IMG/VR virus record: IMGVR_UViG_3300014838_000016
Span: 23,699 to 87,698 of that record
Source: a virus
Strand: one strand, 5' to 3'
Length of the DNA stretch: 64,000 nucleotides
Shown: positions 18,867 through 28,854 of the stretch, piece by piece
Position numbering within the stretch: position 1 is the first letter of the stretch
Layout: each line of letters starts with the position of its first letter
Notes under the pieces: model-generated
Databases searched by the model: none
What the model was told of the DNA's origin: nothing
Seen by the model: only the letters and a program-made list of their open reading frames with translations
Made by a program: the position numbers and the translations under genes

Positions 18867-19667
18867 CTAAAACGGTTCCGTCCATTGTATTGAAGCACTT
18901 ACACAATTTGCCAGCGATCCCATCTGAGTGACCACTAGAGTGTATCGGCTGCCGACTAGAACCGGGGGACTTCCTACCTCCACAAAAGCGTATGGAAAAT
19001 ATAATCCTGACTGTAGCGTCACCTCATTAAGTTGCATATAGCCGCTGTTCACAACACGGCCTCCAGAGATTGCCGAGGCTGATGTGTCGTAAACCATAAC
19101 GGACTCCGAGTCAACGCTCTTGAAAGTCGCGCCGATCAATGTTCCGTCTAGCACTATTTGCCAAAGCACCCTTGACCCGTTTCCAGCTAGGTTGAAACCG
19201 CCGAGCAGGGGGAAGTTTAGGGTAATCAATGCAGTGTCGGGCTGGAGAGAGATCAAGGGGACTGGGGTAAGACTGGGTATGATGGTCGGGGTTGTCCCCG
19301 TGTTCACCGAAAATGGATTTCCAGTCAAACCTGCCTGAATAACGGTCGTCGCTAATATGGGGCTGTTGCTGGTCGCGGCTGCGCTGACGTAAACCAACTG
19401 TATGTCGAACGCTTGGATGACTCCAGCAGCTATAGGCGTGAACAGTGTGAGCGTAAAATTGCTGTTGGCATCTACTGTGGCGGTTCCAGCAGGCGACCCC
19501 ATTGATGAGATATTTATCGCAGTTGGCGGGACGTAACCCTGATTTGATAGGAGGGTGACCGATCCTGTTCCGACTTGCAAAATATCGGAAAGCGGGAAGG
19601 TGAATACGGTTGAAACACCGTCGCCCTGCAACAAGAGTGTGATCGGGACTATTTGTTGTAGTGGCAT
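18867..19667 (-). CDS. putative virion protein; C-terminal domain paralogous to the 844-aa protein
   Basis: VPLISLQ...GTLIGATF...DTSASAISGG...SGY...WTE aligns with VPLWSIQ...GTLTGSAF...DTASTGVTGG...AGY...WSE. Confidence 0.75.
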   Translation of the reverse strand: MPLQQIVPITLLLQGDGVSTVFTFPLSDILQVGTGSVTLLSNQGYVPPTAINISSMGSPAGTATVDANSNFTLTLFTPIAAGVIQAFDIQLVYVSAAATSNSPILATTVIQAGLTGNPFSVNTGTTPTIIPSLTPVPLISLQPDTALITLNFPLLGGFNLAGNGSRVLWQIVLDGTLIGATFKSVDSESVMVYDTSASAISGGRVVNSGYMQLNEVTLQSGLYFPYAFVEVGSPPVLVGSRYTLVVTQMGSLANCVSASIQWTEPF

Positions 19668-19668
19668 C

Positions 19669-20907
19669 TTATTCCTCTGTCCATGTAATTCTGACGGTCA
19701 TTAGCGAACCCGCTATCGCAAGATTAGAAACGCTGATACCTACAAAGTCGTTTACGCCCCTGAGCGTAATCGCTTGAACACTGTTCACACCGAAATTAAG
19801 TTCAATAGGGGTAGGTCCCACCAACGTGCTCGTGTTGGTGATCCATTGCATAGCCTCGGCTCCTATAACGCCCGCGTTGTAAGTCGTTGTCGTCGGTAGC
19901 GTCGTCCACTGACTCACTATTGCTGTGACTGTTGGGTTCACTGGATCGTCAGGTACAGAAACCACGGTGGTGAATGTTCCTCCAGTGATGGCTGTGAAGC
20001 GGTTTATGACTATCACGCTAGGTCCAGAATTGCCTGTGCTGCAAGCCCAAGAAATTTTCATGTGGCGAATCCTGATTACCTTTGTTGCGGAACCCTGAAT
20101 CGTGAAAAACGGCTTGATGGGATCAGCTACGGGTACGAAGTTAATTTGACACGCACGATACGTTGCTTTACGTCCCGTGTCATCCACATACAACGCACCC
20201 GTTGAATCTAAAGTCAATGGCAAAACCGTTCCCGCAGCATAATCGGGTACGGAAATGGACTCCACGACGCCGCCGACTTCCACAGTCAGTGGATTGACAA
20301 CATTTACATCAAGCGCGAACGTTGCTGGGCTACCAGAGTAGCTTCCTTGCAGCCATTGAAGATCGCCATTCGGGTCCTGTATGCCGATACCGATGGGTTG
20401 CTGGCATGTTGGCGGGGCGTAAGCTGGTGCGGGACAAATGGGACTTCCCGCTGGATACAGACCTTGCACTTGTGGATCAGCCCAAACCGCGCTAGTATTT
20501 CCGGGTTGGGAGATGAGAAGCTGACCAGCATGTGTTGGATGGCTGAGGTCTACTTCTACTTTTGTTCCAACTTCGTCAGTGCAGAGATACGCCGCACTCC
20601 CGCACGCCACAATGCCTGTGGCGTCGAAGATGTAGCCACAGTCTGGACTGTAGGTGATGTTGATGCCAGTACCGGGGATGAAGTTGAGGATGTCTTGACA
20701 CGGCGACGGAACGCCGTTGATTTCTATTACGACCCCCGTTGATAACGGCAAAAGGCATGGGTCAATTTTGCAGTCAGGTCCAAGCAGAACGATAGCGCCG
20801 GGTTCCGCAGGGCAGCAGCCGCTTACCATAGGTATGCGGTACTCCGTCCAGAACTGCTGGTTCGCTTTGTCCTTACGATCTGCGATTACACTATATATCG
20901 TGGACAT
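19669..20907 (-). CDS. Cys-rich putative virion protein; C-terminal domain paralogous to 9354..13241
   Basis: TGALYV...GRKxTY...GSAxKxIRI...LRGV...WxE shared with the long fibre. Confidence 0.75.
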   Translation of the reverse strand: MSTIYSVIADRKDKANQQFWTEYRIPMVSGCCPAEPGAIVLLGPDCKIDPCLLPLSTGVVIEINGVPSPCQDILNFIPGTGINITYSPDCGYIFDATGIVACGSAAYLCTDEVGTKVEVDLSHPTHAGQLLISQPGNTSAVWADPQVQGLYPAGSPICPAPAYAPPTCQQPIGIGIQDPNGDLQWLQGSYSGSPATFALDVNVVNPLTVEVGGVVESISVPDYAAGTVLPLTLDSTGALYVDDTGRKATYRACQINFVPVADPIKPFFTIQGSATKVIRIRHMKISWACSTGNSGPSVIVINRFTAITGGTFTTVVSVPDDPVNPTVTAIVSQWTTLPTTTTYNAGVIGAEAMQWITNTSTLVGPTPIELNFGVNSVQAITLRGVNDFVGISVSNLAIAGSLMTVRITWTEE

Positions 20908-20915
20908 TATTCCTC

Positions 20916-23900
20916 TTAGTTCGGGTTTCCCGTGACCATACAGTTAAATGTTTGTGCCCCGCTCGTGGCGTAGGTGATGGTAAAGCCGCTGTTGCTTGAC
21001 GCCGATATATAGAAAGCGCCCGCGTTCGTTGTCGGCGTCACTACGACGATAGGCGTACTGGTGTAGTTCACCGCGTACGTCTTGCTCACGGTCGTGCCCG
21101 ACCCCGAGGTTATGACGCCTGCGGTGTCCCCGTTTGCCGCCGACACGTTGCCGTGACCCGCCTGCATGACGTTGCCCTTGTTGTCAACACTGAACACTTC
21201 GGTCGTCCCCGCCGCACCTGCAAAACAGTCGATCAATTTGTTCGCAGTGCCGAGCAACGCAGTCTCAGTGACGGCGACCTTTAGAGCCGTGTAAGAGCCC
21301 GATGCCGTAAGGGTCTGGTTGATGGTGGGGGCGATTTGCATGGCAGTGAAGGTGCCAGCACCAGCCGTGGGTGCCCAGTTCAGATGCACGGAGTTGTTCC
21401 CGCCGAGGCTAACCTCTGCGCCGACGTTGATGCCTATGTATGGACCTGCCCCAGTTGTTGCCCATGTTGATCCACCATGCCCCAAGCTAACAAGAGGTTT
21501 TCCACCCGTGTAAGTAGCTGATGGAGACTGGGCGCTGCCAATCTCGGCGGTCCCCAACGCCAATTGATTGTACAAACCAAAGCTAACGCTTGTGCTTTGC
21601 GACGTTATGCTGCCTTGATTAGTACCTCCTTGATAGCCACGCATTATGTCCACACTGCCAGCAATCGTAGCCACTAAGAGTGGGAAACTAGCATTGCCCC
21701 CAATGCTAATTCCGCAAGTAGCTCCCGCTGGACCGATGATCTGTGGATCGGTAACGCCGTAGCTTAGCGGCGTCGGTAACTGAATCTGCGCTGCACCTGT
21801 CGTTCCTGTGTGTGCGATGGTCAAGGTGCTGATGGCGTTCGTGCCCGCTGTCATCACCGAGCCTATCGTCCATTGATCGTTGGCTGACGCGCCGTTCCAG
21901 TACTGTGCAGAAAATCCATGCAGCGGCGATGCGTTGGTCGTGATCGCCGATGCAGTGGTTGTATTCTCCCAATCCCAAAGCACGGCTGAAGTCTGGTTAA
22001 ATGTCGTCGTGAAGCCAGCGTTGGCAAGCGTGAGGTTCCCCGTGGCGTTGGTCAGCGCAGACCATGCGTTGGTGATGGTTGGAGTGCCGCTCAACGCGGC
22101 GTATGCGATGGAGCCCGCAGCAAAGGAAGTCGTGCCACTGACGGTGATGTTGGCAAAAGCTGCGGTGCCAGTGAATGTGGGAGAAGCTAATGGAGCAGCG
22201 CCTGTGACTTGAGCCACAGTGTAATCGCCTGATGTTGCTACGACTGCACCAGTACGACCGAAGACGCTGGTTACAGGAGCGGTCAAAGCTGTGATATAGC
22301 CTTGAGCTTGCACGTATGCTGTTGTTGCAATTTTTGTGCTGTTATCCGCCGTTGCAGGAGTGGTTGATGTTGGCACTCCAGTGAAAGCAACGTTGCCTGT
22401 GAGGGTAGGAGCACCGGCCCACGATCCGCTTATGGTGCCGCCGCTGGAAGTTAATGTGCCAGAGACAGTTTCCGTGCCAGACATCGTGTAGGCACCGCTC
22501 ATGGTTCCTGTAAACGCCCATGTGCCTGTAGTTGCGAAGGCTGTTACAACTAAGGAGCCAGCCGCAAAAGCTGCCGTGCCTGATACTGCGATGTTATTTG
22601 CGAACGTCACTGTACCACTGAAAGTCGGAGATGCAAGAGGTGCAAGCAAAGCTTCGGCGGCTATAGCACGTCCTCTTTCAACTGAAACTGCGGAGTCCGC
22701 GTAAGCTGTAGTTGCAATCTGAGTGTTGGCTGTTAGCGGTGATGCAGTTGGTGCGGTTGGAATTCCAGTGAACGCGGGGGATACCAACGGTGCCGCGCCA
22801 GTAACTTGAGCTACAGTGTAGTCACCACTTACCGCTATGACCGCACCAGTGCGACCAAAGACCGAAGTGACGAGGCTGCTGGCTGCCGTCAAATACCCCT
22901 GTGCTTGCACGTAGGCTGTCGTCGCAATCCTCGTGCTGTTGTCGCTGGTCAAGGGCGTGGTAGACAACGGTGTTCCAGTGAACGTTGGGGATACTAGGGA
23001 CGCTGCACCCGTAACCATGGCGACGGTGTAGTCGCCGCTTACGGCGATAACTACGCCAGTTCTCCCGAAGACCGATTGCACTGGTGCTCCGGCCGAAGTA
23101 ATATAGCCCTGCGCCTGCACGTAAGCAGTTGTCGCTATTTTTGTGGAGTTGTCCACTGTTGCTGGCGTAGAGGATGTCGGTGCTCCTGTGAAGTTCACGT
23201 TGCCATTTAACGTGGTGATTGTCGCCGTAGTGATAGCAGCGGTCGGAATTGTCACCGTCCCAATGAAAGTCGGAGACGCCAGATATGCGAGCGACGTGTA
23301 ATCACTCAGGTCGGTTGATGCGGGCTGAGTCGCCGTGAACAGCCCTGTGATCGCGGAGTAGGAGTTCAGCCACTCATGCGTGATGGCACCAAAAGTCGAG
23401 GGTAACACAGTGGTGTTTGATAGAGCGTCGGTGATGCCGTACCCAGCAAGCGTAGTCGGATGAGACGACAAGTCCGTGAATGCCAAATCCACCACGCCAA
23501 TAAATCCGTTGACGCTTGTGACGGCGGCTGGGGGAAACAGGAGTTCCACCCAATTGCTGAGCACAGAAGCAGGTGTAGCAGCAAGAATGAACGTTTCGTT
23601 GACATCCGTCCGTACAGCAACTTCCCCCTGAGTATCGGGCAAGGCAAGCATTGCGGCTTGGCTCGCAACTACGTAAGTATTGGTGAGCGGGATAACAGGA
23701 AGCTGCGACGTGGGAACCAATCCGCCAGCGTCCAATGACGCATAGCCGTTCGGTTGCCCCTTCTGTGACAAAGGTTGGAGTAACGTTTCGGCGGCTTCCG
23801 CTCGTGAAGTTTCAACCCCTACCGCTGAATCAACATAGGCTGTCGTCGCGATCTGGTTGTTGTCTGTTAGAGGAGCGGCTGTCGGTGCAACAGGAATTCC

Positions 23901-25424
23901 TGTAAATACAGGGGAAGCCAAGGGTGCTGCGCCCGTAACTTGAGCTACGGTATAGTCACCTGTTGCGGCAACGACCGCGCCTACTCTTCCGAAGACCGAG
24001 GCGACGGGGACAGATGATACAGTGATGAAACCTTGCGACAGGACAAAGGCTGTCGTGGCTATTTGACCCGTGCTGGTTCCGGGCGCGGCGGTTGGTGCCG
24101 TGGGGATACCCGTGAACGCGGGCGAGGCGAGTATTGCCACACTTGCTAGTGAGACGTTGGAGTCCTGCACATTGCCGAACCCGTCCGACGAGATGATGTC
24201 GCCCGCTGGCGCGGTGGACACGTTTGGTAGAGTAGTTGCCGCGACAAAAGTGTTGCCCGATCCAAGCACGGTGATCGAACCTGTGGATGTTACCGTGCCC
24301 GTGGCGATGCCCGCGCCTGATATGGAGATCACCCCAGTAGGAGGCGGTGCCGCCCAGATCGTGATACCCGTTCCGTCCGTTTGCAATACCTGCCCTAACG
24401 ATCCAGCGTTCGTGGGCAGGGTGAGGGTCCACGTGCCTGCGTTCGCTTGTTCGCTGATCGTGACGCCGCCGCTTACCGACCCCTTGAGAATCAATTGCCC
24501 TGATACCGGACCACCAAGCGTTATGGTACCGTTAGAGTAGTAAGCTTCGGGGGTGCCACTTACCATTGTTCCTGTCGTAGCATAATAAGCAAGCTGTCCC
24601 GCTAGGCCGTTGCTTACAAATCCACTGGACCCAGCCCCACTCTGTGAGGCACCCATTCCCGCCCAGAGAGCCTCCATGTCGTTGAGGAACGCCTGCGCGG
24701 GAGCGCCTTTGAGGATGTAAGCTCGCTCGGAAGTGCTGACATTGGTTTCGGCGTAGTAAAGCCAAACTGTTCGGCTGGATGTATCGGACGCTGCTCCTGA
24801 ATCTGCTGTGCTGTAACCATCCGTGTTGAGTACGGCTACGCCGCTGTCGTTCCCATCACCACAGCCAGCCGTACCGTAGTCGGCGTGGTTGAAATCTGCC
24901 GTAAAACTGGCAAAACCTGAGGGGCTGGCAAAATCGGTGGAGACACTTGTGATGGTCACGGTCTGACCATTAAGGAATGTGGCGTTTACCAAATTCGGGA
25001 AGGTTACGGTCATGCCGACCGTAAAGGTGTTGTTCGCGGTCACCGTCAACACGTTCCCAAGGATTTGAATTCGTGATATTTCGGCGGAAATCGGCGGCAT
25101 GGTCGCCGTGAACTGTGCGGGGGTTGCGGTTCGCACATGGACGATCAAGCCATTGAGGAACGTGGCGTTTCCCAACCCGCTGAGAGCCGCGTTCATGCCA
25201 GATTTGAAGGAGTTGTTGCCAGTTACGGTGAGGGTGCCGCCCGAAATCGCTATGCCAGTGATGCCGGGCATCAGGTTGGCAGGTTGATTGGATTCAAGGT
25301 ATTGGAGGTCGTTTAGATTGACCATGACCTCTTTGGCGATTGGGTCAAAGAGTGGGTCTGGTTTCCAAATCCAGAAAGCAGCGTGAATTGTAGTGTTGCT
25401 TTGGAACCCAAAACGATTAGCCAT
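20916..25424 (-). CDS. large tail-fibre-like protein (~1502 aa)
   Basis: Four SVFGRxG..GDYTVA.VTGAA.L.SP.FTG repeats and six IATTA[YF] repeats; GGAG SD before ATG 25424 (MANRFG). Confidence 0.85.
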   Translation of the reverse strand: MANRFGFQSNTTIHAAFWIWKPDPLFDPIAKEVMVNLNDLQYLESNQPANLMPGITGIAISGGTLTVTGNNSFKSGMNAALSGLGNATFLNGLIVHVRTATPAQFTATMPPISAEISRIQILGNVLTVTANNTFTVGMTVTFPNLVNATFLNGQTVTITSVSTDFASPSGFASFTADFNHADYGTAGCGDGNDSGVAVLNTDGYSTADSGAASDTSSRTVWLYYAETNVSTSERAYILKGAPAQAFLNDMEALWAGMGASQSGAGSSGFVSNGLAGQLAYYATTGTMVSGTPEAYYSNGTITLGGPVSGQLILKGSVSGGVTISEQANAGTWTLTLPTNAGSLGQVLQTDGTGITIWAAPPPTGVISISGAGIATGTVTSTGSITVLGSGNTFVAATTLPNVSTAPAGDIISSDGFGNVQDSNVSLASVAILASPAFTGIPTAPTAAPGTSTGQIATTAFVLSQGFITVSSVPVASVFGRVGAVVAATGDYTVAQVTGAAPLASPVFTGIPVAPTAAPLTDNNQIATTAYVDSAVGVETSRAEAAETLLQPLSQKGQPNGYASLDAGGLVPTSQLPVIPLTNTYVVASQAAMLALPDTQGEVAVRTDVNETFILAATPASVLSNWVELLFPPAAVTSVNGFIGVVDLAFTDLSSHPTTLAGYGITDALSNTTVLPSTFGAITHEWLNSYSAITGLFTATQPASTDLSDYTSLAYLASPTFIGTVTIPTAAITTATITTLNGNVNFTGAPTSSTPATVDNSTKIATTAYVQAQGYITSAGAPVQSVFGRTGVVIAVSGDYTVAMVTGAASLVSPTFTGTPLSTTPLTSDNSTRIATTAYVQAQGYLTAASSLVTSVFGRTGAVIAVSGDYTVAQVTGAAPLVSPAFTGIPTAPTASPLTANTQIATTAYADSAVSVERGRAIAAEALLAPLASPTFSGTVTFANNIAVSGTAAFAAGSLVVTAFATTGTWAFTGTMSGAYTMSGTETVSGTLTSSGGTISGSWAGAPTLTGNVAFTGVPTSTTPATADNSTKIATTAYVQAQGYITALTAPVTSVFGRTGAVVATSGDYTVAQVTGAAPLASPTFTGTAAFANITVSGTTSFAAGSIAYAALSGTPTITNAWSALTNATGNLTLANAGFTTTFNQTSAVLWDWENTTTASAITTNASPLHGFSAQYWNGASANDQWTIGSVMTAGTNAISTLTIAHTGTTGAAQIQLPTPLSYGVTDPQIIGPAGATCGISIGGNASFPLLVATIAGSVDIMRGYQGGTNQGSITSQSTSVSFGLYNQLALGTAEIGSAQSPSATYTGGKPLVSLGHGGSTWATTGAGPYIGINVGAEVSLGGNNSVHLNWAPTAGAGTFTAMQIAPTINQTLTASGSYTALKVAVTETALLGTANKLIDCFAGAAGTTEVFSVDNKGNVMQAGHGNVSAANGDTAGVITSGSGTTVSKTYAVNYTSTPIVVVTPTTNAGAFYISASSNSGFTITYATSGAQTFNCMVTGNPN

Positions 25425-25610
25425 TTTGCTCCGAGTTAGCTGAATGCAGACGGACGCCGACGTAAGCGCACTACGACCGCTGTTCATGCTTAGAAACGGC
25501 CTTGTGGTTGGGGTTCCGCCTCTATCTATGTGTCTGAAAAACTGGTTTTCGTTTCGCGGACAAAATTGGGAAAATCGTTGTCTGGTTCGAAGTCCATATA
25601 CTGTAACCCG

Positions 25611-25673
25611 TTGAAAATAAGCCGTAAAAACTCACCAAAAACCTATCGGTTTTGCCATTTTTCTTGGTATAAT
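25611..25673 (+). promoter_or_regulatory. conserved phage promoter, leaderless
   Basis: TTGAAAA 25611, CCTA 25642, TATAAT 25668, ATG 25680. Confidence 0.8.
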
Positions 25674-25679
25674 AGCCAC

Positions 25680-26039
25680 ATGATGGATAACGTCATCCTA
25701 GATGTCATTCGAGCGATTCCTCAGCAGGCTCAGCGGCAGTATGGCACCGACGAACAGCTTCGCCTAGCAATGGCGGCTGCCAACAAGCTTGGCCTTTACG
25801 ACGCCGCCGACGTGATCCGCCGTCTGGCGGGGGACGACGAACTGGCGAACGCGGCGGAACGGCACGCGGGGCATGTGTGCACTTCCCCTTGTGAGCCGTG
25901 TTGCGAGAAAGACCCCGAATACGACATGGAGTTGCACGCGACTCAGCCGAAGAAGGATTGGCCGACCGTGAAGGCAGAAGCCAAGTTACGCGAAGACTGG
26001 CGTGACCGCAGGGCAGCACGAGATTTTCAGAGAGACTAA
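25680..26039 (+). CDS. hypothetical early protein
   Basis: Leaderless start 6 nt after TATAAT. Confidence 0.7.
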   Translation: MMDNVILDVIRAIPQQAQRQYGTDEQLRLAMAAANKLGLYDAADVIRRLAGDDELANAAERHAGHVCTSPCEPCCEKDPEYDMELHATQPKKDWPTVKAEAKLREDWRDRRAARDFQRD

Positions 26040-26056
26040 TTCAAGGGGGTATCACT

Positions 26057-26410
26057 ATGGCACGAATTTGCTCAATTCCAGCAGAAGTTGGTCCTCAACC
26101 CAAGTTCCATGATTGCGACGGTGACTTCAAAAAGTACACCACCGCGACCGACAAGTGGATCAAGACGGTCGTCGAGTACGCCAAGAAGAACGGTTCTGGC
26201 GAACTTGCTGGCGAGATCGTTCGCTTCCACGTGGCTGACGGCCACGCTCAGTACGTGGTGTTTTCGTCCAAGCCGCTGCAACTGATTCACCTGCCCGTCT
26301 ACGATGCGTGGCACTTCCAGTACGCCAACCGTCTGACGGTCAAGGACATCAAGGAAGAAGTTCGGCGTAACAAATCACTCAAGGCGATGTTCGCCTCGAA
26401 GGGGCAATAA
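26057..26410 (+). CDS. phage hypothetical protein
   Basis: GEIVRFHVADGHAQYVV...LIHL..YDAW. Confidence 0.75.
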   Translation: MARICSIPAEVGPQPKFHDCDGDFKKYTTATDKWIKTVVEYAKKNGSGELAGEIVRFHVADGHAQYVVFSSKPLQLIHLPVYDAWHFQYANRLTVKDIKEEVRRNKSLKAMFASKGQ

Positions 26411-26507
26411 TGGCAACCGATTACCTAGAATGCAAAGGCGGCAACGGGCGAAGCTGCTCTCAAGAGGCACTTGTAAGCGAAATCTCGGGGAAAAGGATAA
26501 CTAAATC

Positions 26508-26876
26508 ATGAACTTAGATAGCGTTCGCATTCAATTCCAATCGCAGAACCCACACAACACCCTGTTCCTGAAAGTGTGGGCCGACGTTAACAACGAGCCG
26601 ACCGAAATGTACGCGGCTTTGAACAAGGTCGGCTTTGCCGATGACGGTTGCCCGATGCCGCCGATTCCCGCCGAACATTGCTACGCGGCTGGCTACGCCA
26701 AGGGCGATCAGACGCAGATCGTCGAGCGAAGCTTTGTGAAGGGCGGTTCGGGCCTGTTCAACGGCTGGACGCCCGAAGAGAAGAAAGCGAACGTGCCTGC
26801 GGTTCGTAATGCGCTCCGCAAATTCGGCTTCGTCCGCATCGACCACCGCAAACTCAGACTTGAGGACATGCTGTGA
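26508..26876 (+). CDS. hypothetical protein
   Basis: ORF with AAGGA SD. Confidence 0.7.
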   Translation: MNLDSVRIQFQSQNPHNTLFLKVWADVNNEPTEMYAALNKVGFADDGCPMPPIPAEHCYAAGYAKGDQTQIVERSFVKGGSGLFNGWTPEEKKANVPAVRNALRKFGFVRIDHRKLRLEDML

Positions 26877-27060
26877 TTGCAAAGTGCCAAGACTGTAAGC
26901 GACAAAGCATTAGCTCTCAGGTCACCTGCCCTGTATGCGGGGGAGCTATGGAGCAGCTTTGCGAGAACTGCAACGAACGTGTACGGTTGCCTCACAGCCT
27001 CCTGTGCGGCGATTGCGAAGAGACTAAAATCGTGGTATGATGTTTGAGGAGCAAACATAT

Positions 27061-27978
27061 ATGCGTAGAGGCAGCAATCCCGTATTTATCCACGTCGCCG
27101 AAGATGGGCTGATTCTCGCCCCAGACAAGCGCAATCGCGAGCAGAGTGCGGTTGTGGGGCTCGATCCGAGCACTCGCACCCTTGCCGTCAATCTCGGTGC
27201 CGACTACTGTGCGGAGCATGAGTGGGGCATCAAAAAACTGTACGAGGCTTTCGGCGTCAAGTACGAGACCGGCACCTACGGCCTCAAGAAACGCAAGATC
27301 AGCAAGGTGCCCAAATCCCTCGTTTGGGTGAAGATGCCCGAGAAAGATGGGCGGCAGGGCTTCGCGTACCGAGATTTCTGGTTCAGGTCAGTGGAAGACT
27401 ATTTCATTGACGACAGCGATCTCAAGTCGTATGAGATATACGACCGCGAGAAGCGCAAGATGAAGGCCAACCCCGTTCAGTTGTGCTGTGCGTGGAGCGA
27501 TGACGATTTCGCCTGCCTGTCCAAAGACCCCACCGACATCAAGTATCTCCGCGAGATTTTCGACCAGTTCCAAAAGAAAAACATTATCTTCACGTTCTCG
27601 AACGCCCTCCCCGCTTTTGAAAACCCGGGTCTCATCATCGCCATCGCGAATAGGATGCCGAAGGAAGCCGTCGAGATGCTCACGAAGGCGGACAAGGAAA
27701 ACCACGAGATCGAGAAATTCGTGGTCAAGAGCAAGGTTCGTGAACTGCTCAAGGAAAAGGGCAAAGGGTATTACGCTCTGTCTCCGAAGCGTTGGGAGGA
27801 CGGCTCGATCAAGTTCTGGCTGAACCCTTACGACCAGCACAAGGTCAACTACGGTTGGTTCACGCTGGAGCAAGTCCGCCAATGGGCGGATGACAAGGGT
27901 CCGATTCCGATGTCACCTGCTCAGGTGATCGATTACCATGAGGCGCGTTCGGGCAAGAAAGTGAAGGCTATCCAGTGA
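27061..27978 (+). CDS. phage hypothetical protein
   Basis: TGGTATGAT -10 box and GAGGA SD; DYCAEHEWGI and FWLNP...NYGWF motifs. Confidence 0.8.
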   Translation: MRRGSNPVFIHVAEDGLILAPDKRNREQSAVVGLDPSTRTLAVNLGADYCAEHEWGIKKLYEAFGVKYETGTYGLKKRKISKVPKSLVWVKMPEKDGRQGFAYRDFWFRSVEDYFIDDSDLKSYEIYDREKRKMKANPVQLCCAWSDDDFACLSKDPTDIKYLREIFDQFQKKNIIFTFSNALPAFENPGLIIAIANRMPKEAVEMLTKADKENHEIEKFVVKSKVRELLKEKGKGYYALSPKRWEDGSIKFWLNPYDQHKVNYGWFTLEQVRQWADDKGPIPMSPAQVIDYHEARSGKKVKAIQ

Positions 27979-28460
27979 TAATCACCATCTTGGCGTACAA
28001 GTCGGACGGCGTGGATGTCTGCCATGGCTGTGTTATGGCACACTATTCCTCGGACTTTCAATGGAAATCCTCTATGGATCGAGGAGAGATCGCCGAGTTC
28101 CTCGCGGGTCTCATGTTCGACAACAAGCATCTCGACACGAACGAGGGCGGGTACGAATTCACGTTCCTCTTCAACGGCGAAGAGTATAATGGTGAATGGG
28201 ATATGGCCGTCCTCAGAAGTGAGATAGAGGAGAAAGCCACGGCGCTTTACAATCTCAAGGAGATCGACTTCCAACGGAAGGACGCCGAATCCAAGAAGCG
28301 ATCCGCCGACAAACAGCGGAAGGACATCGAGGAGCGCGAGCGCCAGCAGTTGGCTCAGCTTCAAGTCAAGTATGGAACCACGACCACCGTCGAGAACGGG
28401 GTTCGGAAGACCGTAGAGGTCACACCAGCAGGCACCCTGACAACGACCAAGCTGATTTAA
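27975..28460 (+). CDS. hypothetical protein
   Basis: GTGA overlap. Confidence 0.7.
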   Translation: MIITILAYKSDGVDVCHGCVMAHYSSDFQWKSSMDRGEIAEFLAGLMFDNKHLDTNEGGYEFTFLFNGEEYNGEWDMAVLRSEIEEKATALYNLKEIDFQRKDAESKKRSADKQRKDIEERERQQLAQLQVKYGTTTTVENGVRKTVEVTPAGTLTTTKLI

Positions 28461-28468
28461 GGAGCACT

Positions 28469-28759
28469 ATGCCAGCCAAGCAAATCCCGCTGACCGCTGA
28501 GCTTCTCGCACTCGCGGAGAAGTCTTACGATGAGTACAACACCGTCCTAACCGAGATCGTGACTCGCCTGCCGCTTGATGTGCAGGTGCGGACTTTCCAG
28601 CGGGTTCTAGGGGAGGAACTGTCTCTGACGACCGCCCGCCGAGCCTACCGTACCGCTATTCGGGTAGCCATGGGGGAGGAAAATGTTCCCCGCGAGTACA
28701 GCCCGAAGCCCGTAAAGCCGAGGAAGAAGCCCGCTAAAAGAATACCGTCGATACGATAG
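28469..28759 (+). CDS. hypothetical protein
   Basis: AAGGAG SD. Confidence 0.7.
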   Translation: MPAKQIPLTAELLALAEKSYDEYNTVLTEIVTRLPLDVQVRTFQRVLGEELSLTTARRAYRTAIRVAMGEENVPREYSPKPVKPRKKPAKRIPSIR

Positions 28760-28854
28760 GGATACGGGAAGTCAAACGAGAGAGCCAGAAAAAGTGGTTG
28801 CTAAAATTTCCTGAATACGAGTATTGTATTTAGAGAAGCTTTACGAAAACAAAA

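Noticed and set aside
9361-25287. Many overlapping plus-strand and alternate-frame ORFs within the fibre genes, and long antisense ORFs over plus-strand genes elsewhere
   Set aside because: They are shadow ORFs of stop-poor, GC-rich coding sequence, with no SD or recognisable motifs.
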